Shown here: positions 61,287 to 64,000 of the stretch, one piece after another | Layout of the letters: every line of letters starts with the position of its first letter | Position numbering within the stretch: the first letter of the stretch is position 1 | DNA from: Octopus vulgaris | Taxonomy: Eukaryota | Reading direction: 5' to 3' | Assembly (NCBI GenBank): GCA_951406725.2 | Contig: OX597823.1 | Span: 25,916,001 to 25,980,000 of the forward strand | DNA: 64,000 nucleotides | Program-made: the position numbers and the translations under genes | The notes under the pieces: generated by a model | Told to the model about the DNA's origin: nothing | The model's input: the letters and a program-made list of their open reading frames with translations, nothing else | The model's database searches: none

Positions 61287-62460
61287 CAAGGAGATGCTTT
61301 AGGGAGAAACACCAAATTTTTGGACCCGGTATTAAAGTTATGGAAAGACTTATAGCACAATAAATTACAAAGAAACTTAGTATGGGGGAGATGCAGTTTG
61401 GCTTTGAGCCAGGAAGAAATACTACCAATGTCATCTTTCTAGTAAGACAACTCCCAGAAGTACTCATGGTAAAACCCTATACCTAACATTTGTTGAGCTG
61501 GATAAGGCCTTTGACAGAGCTCCACATAGTAATTTGGAGGCTATTAAGGCAATTAGCAGTAGATGAATAGCTTATGAAGCTGTACAAGCCATCTACAGAG
61601 TGCATCCAGCATACGTTTAACATGCTGGCAAAGGTCTGTTAGGGCACAGTCCTCAATACCTTCTTGTTTTCCAATAGTCCAGTAAGCCATATGAGAAATT
61701 TAAGACTTGCTATCAGTGGGAACTCTGTATGCAGATGACCTAATTTTTCTAGCAGAATCTGTAGAAGATTCAGAGATGAAATTCCAGAAGAGGAAGCAAA
61801 ATCTAGAATTAAGAGGCCTCAAAATTAACTTAAAGACTTGAGTCTTAGTGAATAGGAAGAAGATAGGACTGTGATACTATCAAGGACATAATTGTGCTTG
61901 ATATAGATACAAGAAGTTTAGTGAGGTCATAGGAAGGATGATAGAGAAGGTAGTCTTTGAATGTGACAGAGGAGCAGGAATACTTAGTAATAAGAATACA
62001 CACTAAACTCTGCCCAATGTTTTCCTAGAAAAAGTTGGTGACTTAATTAATAGCAGAGATATATGTACTGAAAGCATAGTAACCAGAGTAAGAATGGAAT
62101 GGCTAAAATTCAGAGAGTTCGAACCTCTGGTAGCAACAATTTTTTTTTCTTTCTTAGTGTGAAGGGTAGATTGCATAATGCTAGTGTGATGCTGCTTGGT
62201 AACAAAACATGCTTTGAATGAAAAGGATTTATGAAGACTAGAAAGAAATGAAGTGATCTGAATGTGTAATGCCAGTGTGCGTGAACAATGGAGTATGTAA
62301 GTTGATGGAAAAACTAAATATAAAATGCATCAGATGTAGTGTTTAAGAGAAAAGAATTCATTGGCACAGACATACGTATGGGGGAATGACAGCTGTACAG
62401 AGAAGCATTGAGTACTTAAGAGCTCAAAATGTTGAGTTTCATGAAGGAGATGACAAAGAA
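61287..62460 (+). mobile_element. old RTE RT fragment
   Basis: MQFGFEPGRNTTNVIFLVRQL, FVELDKAFDR and YADDL remnants. Confidence 0.82.
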
Positions 62461-62579
62461 TGGTGGTGGTTGGCAGTAAATGGTGCTGGCAAAGACCTGC
62501 CCTTCTAAACAAGCTTGGCACAAAAAAAAAAGAAAAAGGTGGTAGGAATGGTGACTAGGACATATCTACATAATCTCTC

Positions 62580-63075
62580 ACCTATGTTTCCGTTAAGTCT
62601 CCATCTGCATTGCCACCCCACCATTTTGACACCATCTCATGCTCAGTTATTCACTATACTATAACTGTGGATATAACATGGAACTTTTCATATTCAATTT
62701 CCCCTACTGACCCTATTTTATTTTTTTCTCTCTTCCATCATGATGCCTGTGAAATGAGAAAGTTCATCAGATTTATTCACATCCAATATACTCTTCTGTC
62801 ACCCTTTTGTACTGGAAGCCATCAATTTTCTTCCCCGGATCAATTATGAACTCTCATTTTTATAACTATCTATCACTTAAACCCCTCATCACAAACATGT
62901 AGATGCCATTGCTGCCTATTTCTCATTGCTCCTCTAACACTGTTTTTTCTATTACTCAATCTCTACTACCTTCTCATCCCAAACAATTTGTTTCTGCCAC
63001 CATATCCTTCATTCTTCTACTATATCACTCAACTTCAGTTTCTGTCATTGTCCTCTCAGTTATTCACAACCTTTA
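62580..63075 (+). mobile_element. C/T-rich decayed repeat, possibly a Penelope-like ORF relic (similar sequence on the minus strand at 12440-13140)
   Basis: Shared segments such as CATCAGATTTATTCACATCC and CAAACATGTAGATGCC vs CAAACGTGTAGTTGCC; the family assignment is inference. Confidence 0.4.
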
Positions 63076-64000
63076 AGCATGTTGTTTTGAATAATTAGAG
63101 CCAACACAGAAGTGGGGACAATTTAGTTTTGCAGTGTACAACTACTATAGTGCTAATGCCAGAATAAAATGCATTAAGTGCACTGTGTAAAGTGATTGGT
63201 ATTATAGAGGGGAAACTAAAACATATCAGATGTGGTCCTCCAACTAATCTAGGAGGATAGTAACCCAATAAAAACTAACTCAGTCAGGGCTATCCTATCC
63301 AACCCATGCCAGTATGGAAAGCATATGCAAAATAATAATGATTATGATGCTTGGCTGTGATACTGCTGTCGCTGTTATGAGTGATTATTAGTTTTGTACT
63401 TCCTGTTATTAATTTGATTGCTGTGTGTGTGTGTGTGTGTGTGTGCACGCGCGCAGTCAATGAGCTCTTCTGCCTTATCAAATCTTCCAGTTTTTGACCA
63501 AGAACCATTTTTTTGCTCTATTCTTTTCCTTTTCACATTGATTCTGTAACAGTCACATGACAAAGAAGTTTTATGATGGGGTGTGTGTGGTTAAAGGTAA
63601 GTATTTGTGTGTGCATGTTTGTATGTTAATAGTGAGAGTGGAAGGCCATAGCTAAGAGACTGCTTTTCTCTTTGTTTATGAAAGCAGGTTATGAGTTTTT
63701 TCAGAATGATTTGGATTAGGAGTTCCATTCCTGTACCAGACCAGTTTTCATGGCACAACCAATTCACCTCCAGGATAGTCATCTTTTCTTTCTCATCGGT
63801 CATAATAACTACTGCCAACCACCTTAAGTTTATTTTTGGTGGCACATTCCACATCTTTACTTCTCACAAGTCCATAAATGACAAATGAGGAAGAACCCTT
63901 CAATTTTCACCATGGCAGTAGACTGACTCCTCATATTACCTTCAGAGAGGAACCAAATCTCTACTGATTGTATAGGAAACAATAACGGCAATAGCGATGA

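Overview
AT-rich, repeat-dense animal genomic DNA. The SINE/RTE families and the (TA)n, (CA)n, (AAT)n and (GAT)n microsatellites look like those of an octopus (coleoid cephalopod); this assignment is inference. Two spliced host genes lie head-to-head. (1) On the minus strand, a UQCC1/CBP3-family gene: 8 exons with GT-AG boundaries and compatible phases, 242 codons from the ATG at 21175 down to 679; the last exon appears to lie beyond the window start. (2) On the plus strand, a ZNF800-like zinc-finger gene: coding exons 38361-39002 and 43187-44314, about 589 aa, with a poly-N/poly-Q tract. Most of the remaining sequence is decayed, often nested mobile DNA: RTE, CR1-like, Tx1/L1-like and R4/Dong LINE pieces, Tc1/mariner, piggyBac, a Merlin-like MITE, a Helentron-type (HINE) element, two SINE families and Penelope-like relics. 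The most unusual signals are (a) recurrent palindromic elements carrying minimal hammerhead-ribozyme-like motifs, one with a U3:A8 core covariation; (b) a TIR-bounded element with a tRNA-like segment arranged A-B-A'-B'; (c) strand-polarised SINE chains built on (ATT)n/(TAA)n tracts that a Dong/R4 element also uses; and (d) a possible alternative last exon for the ZNF800-like gene. All calls were made by eye; repeat boundaries are approximate unless a TSD or TIR is quoted.
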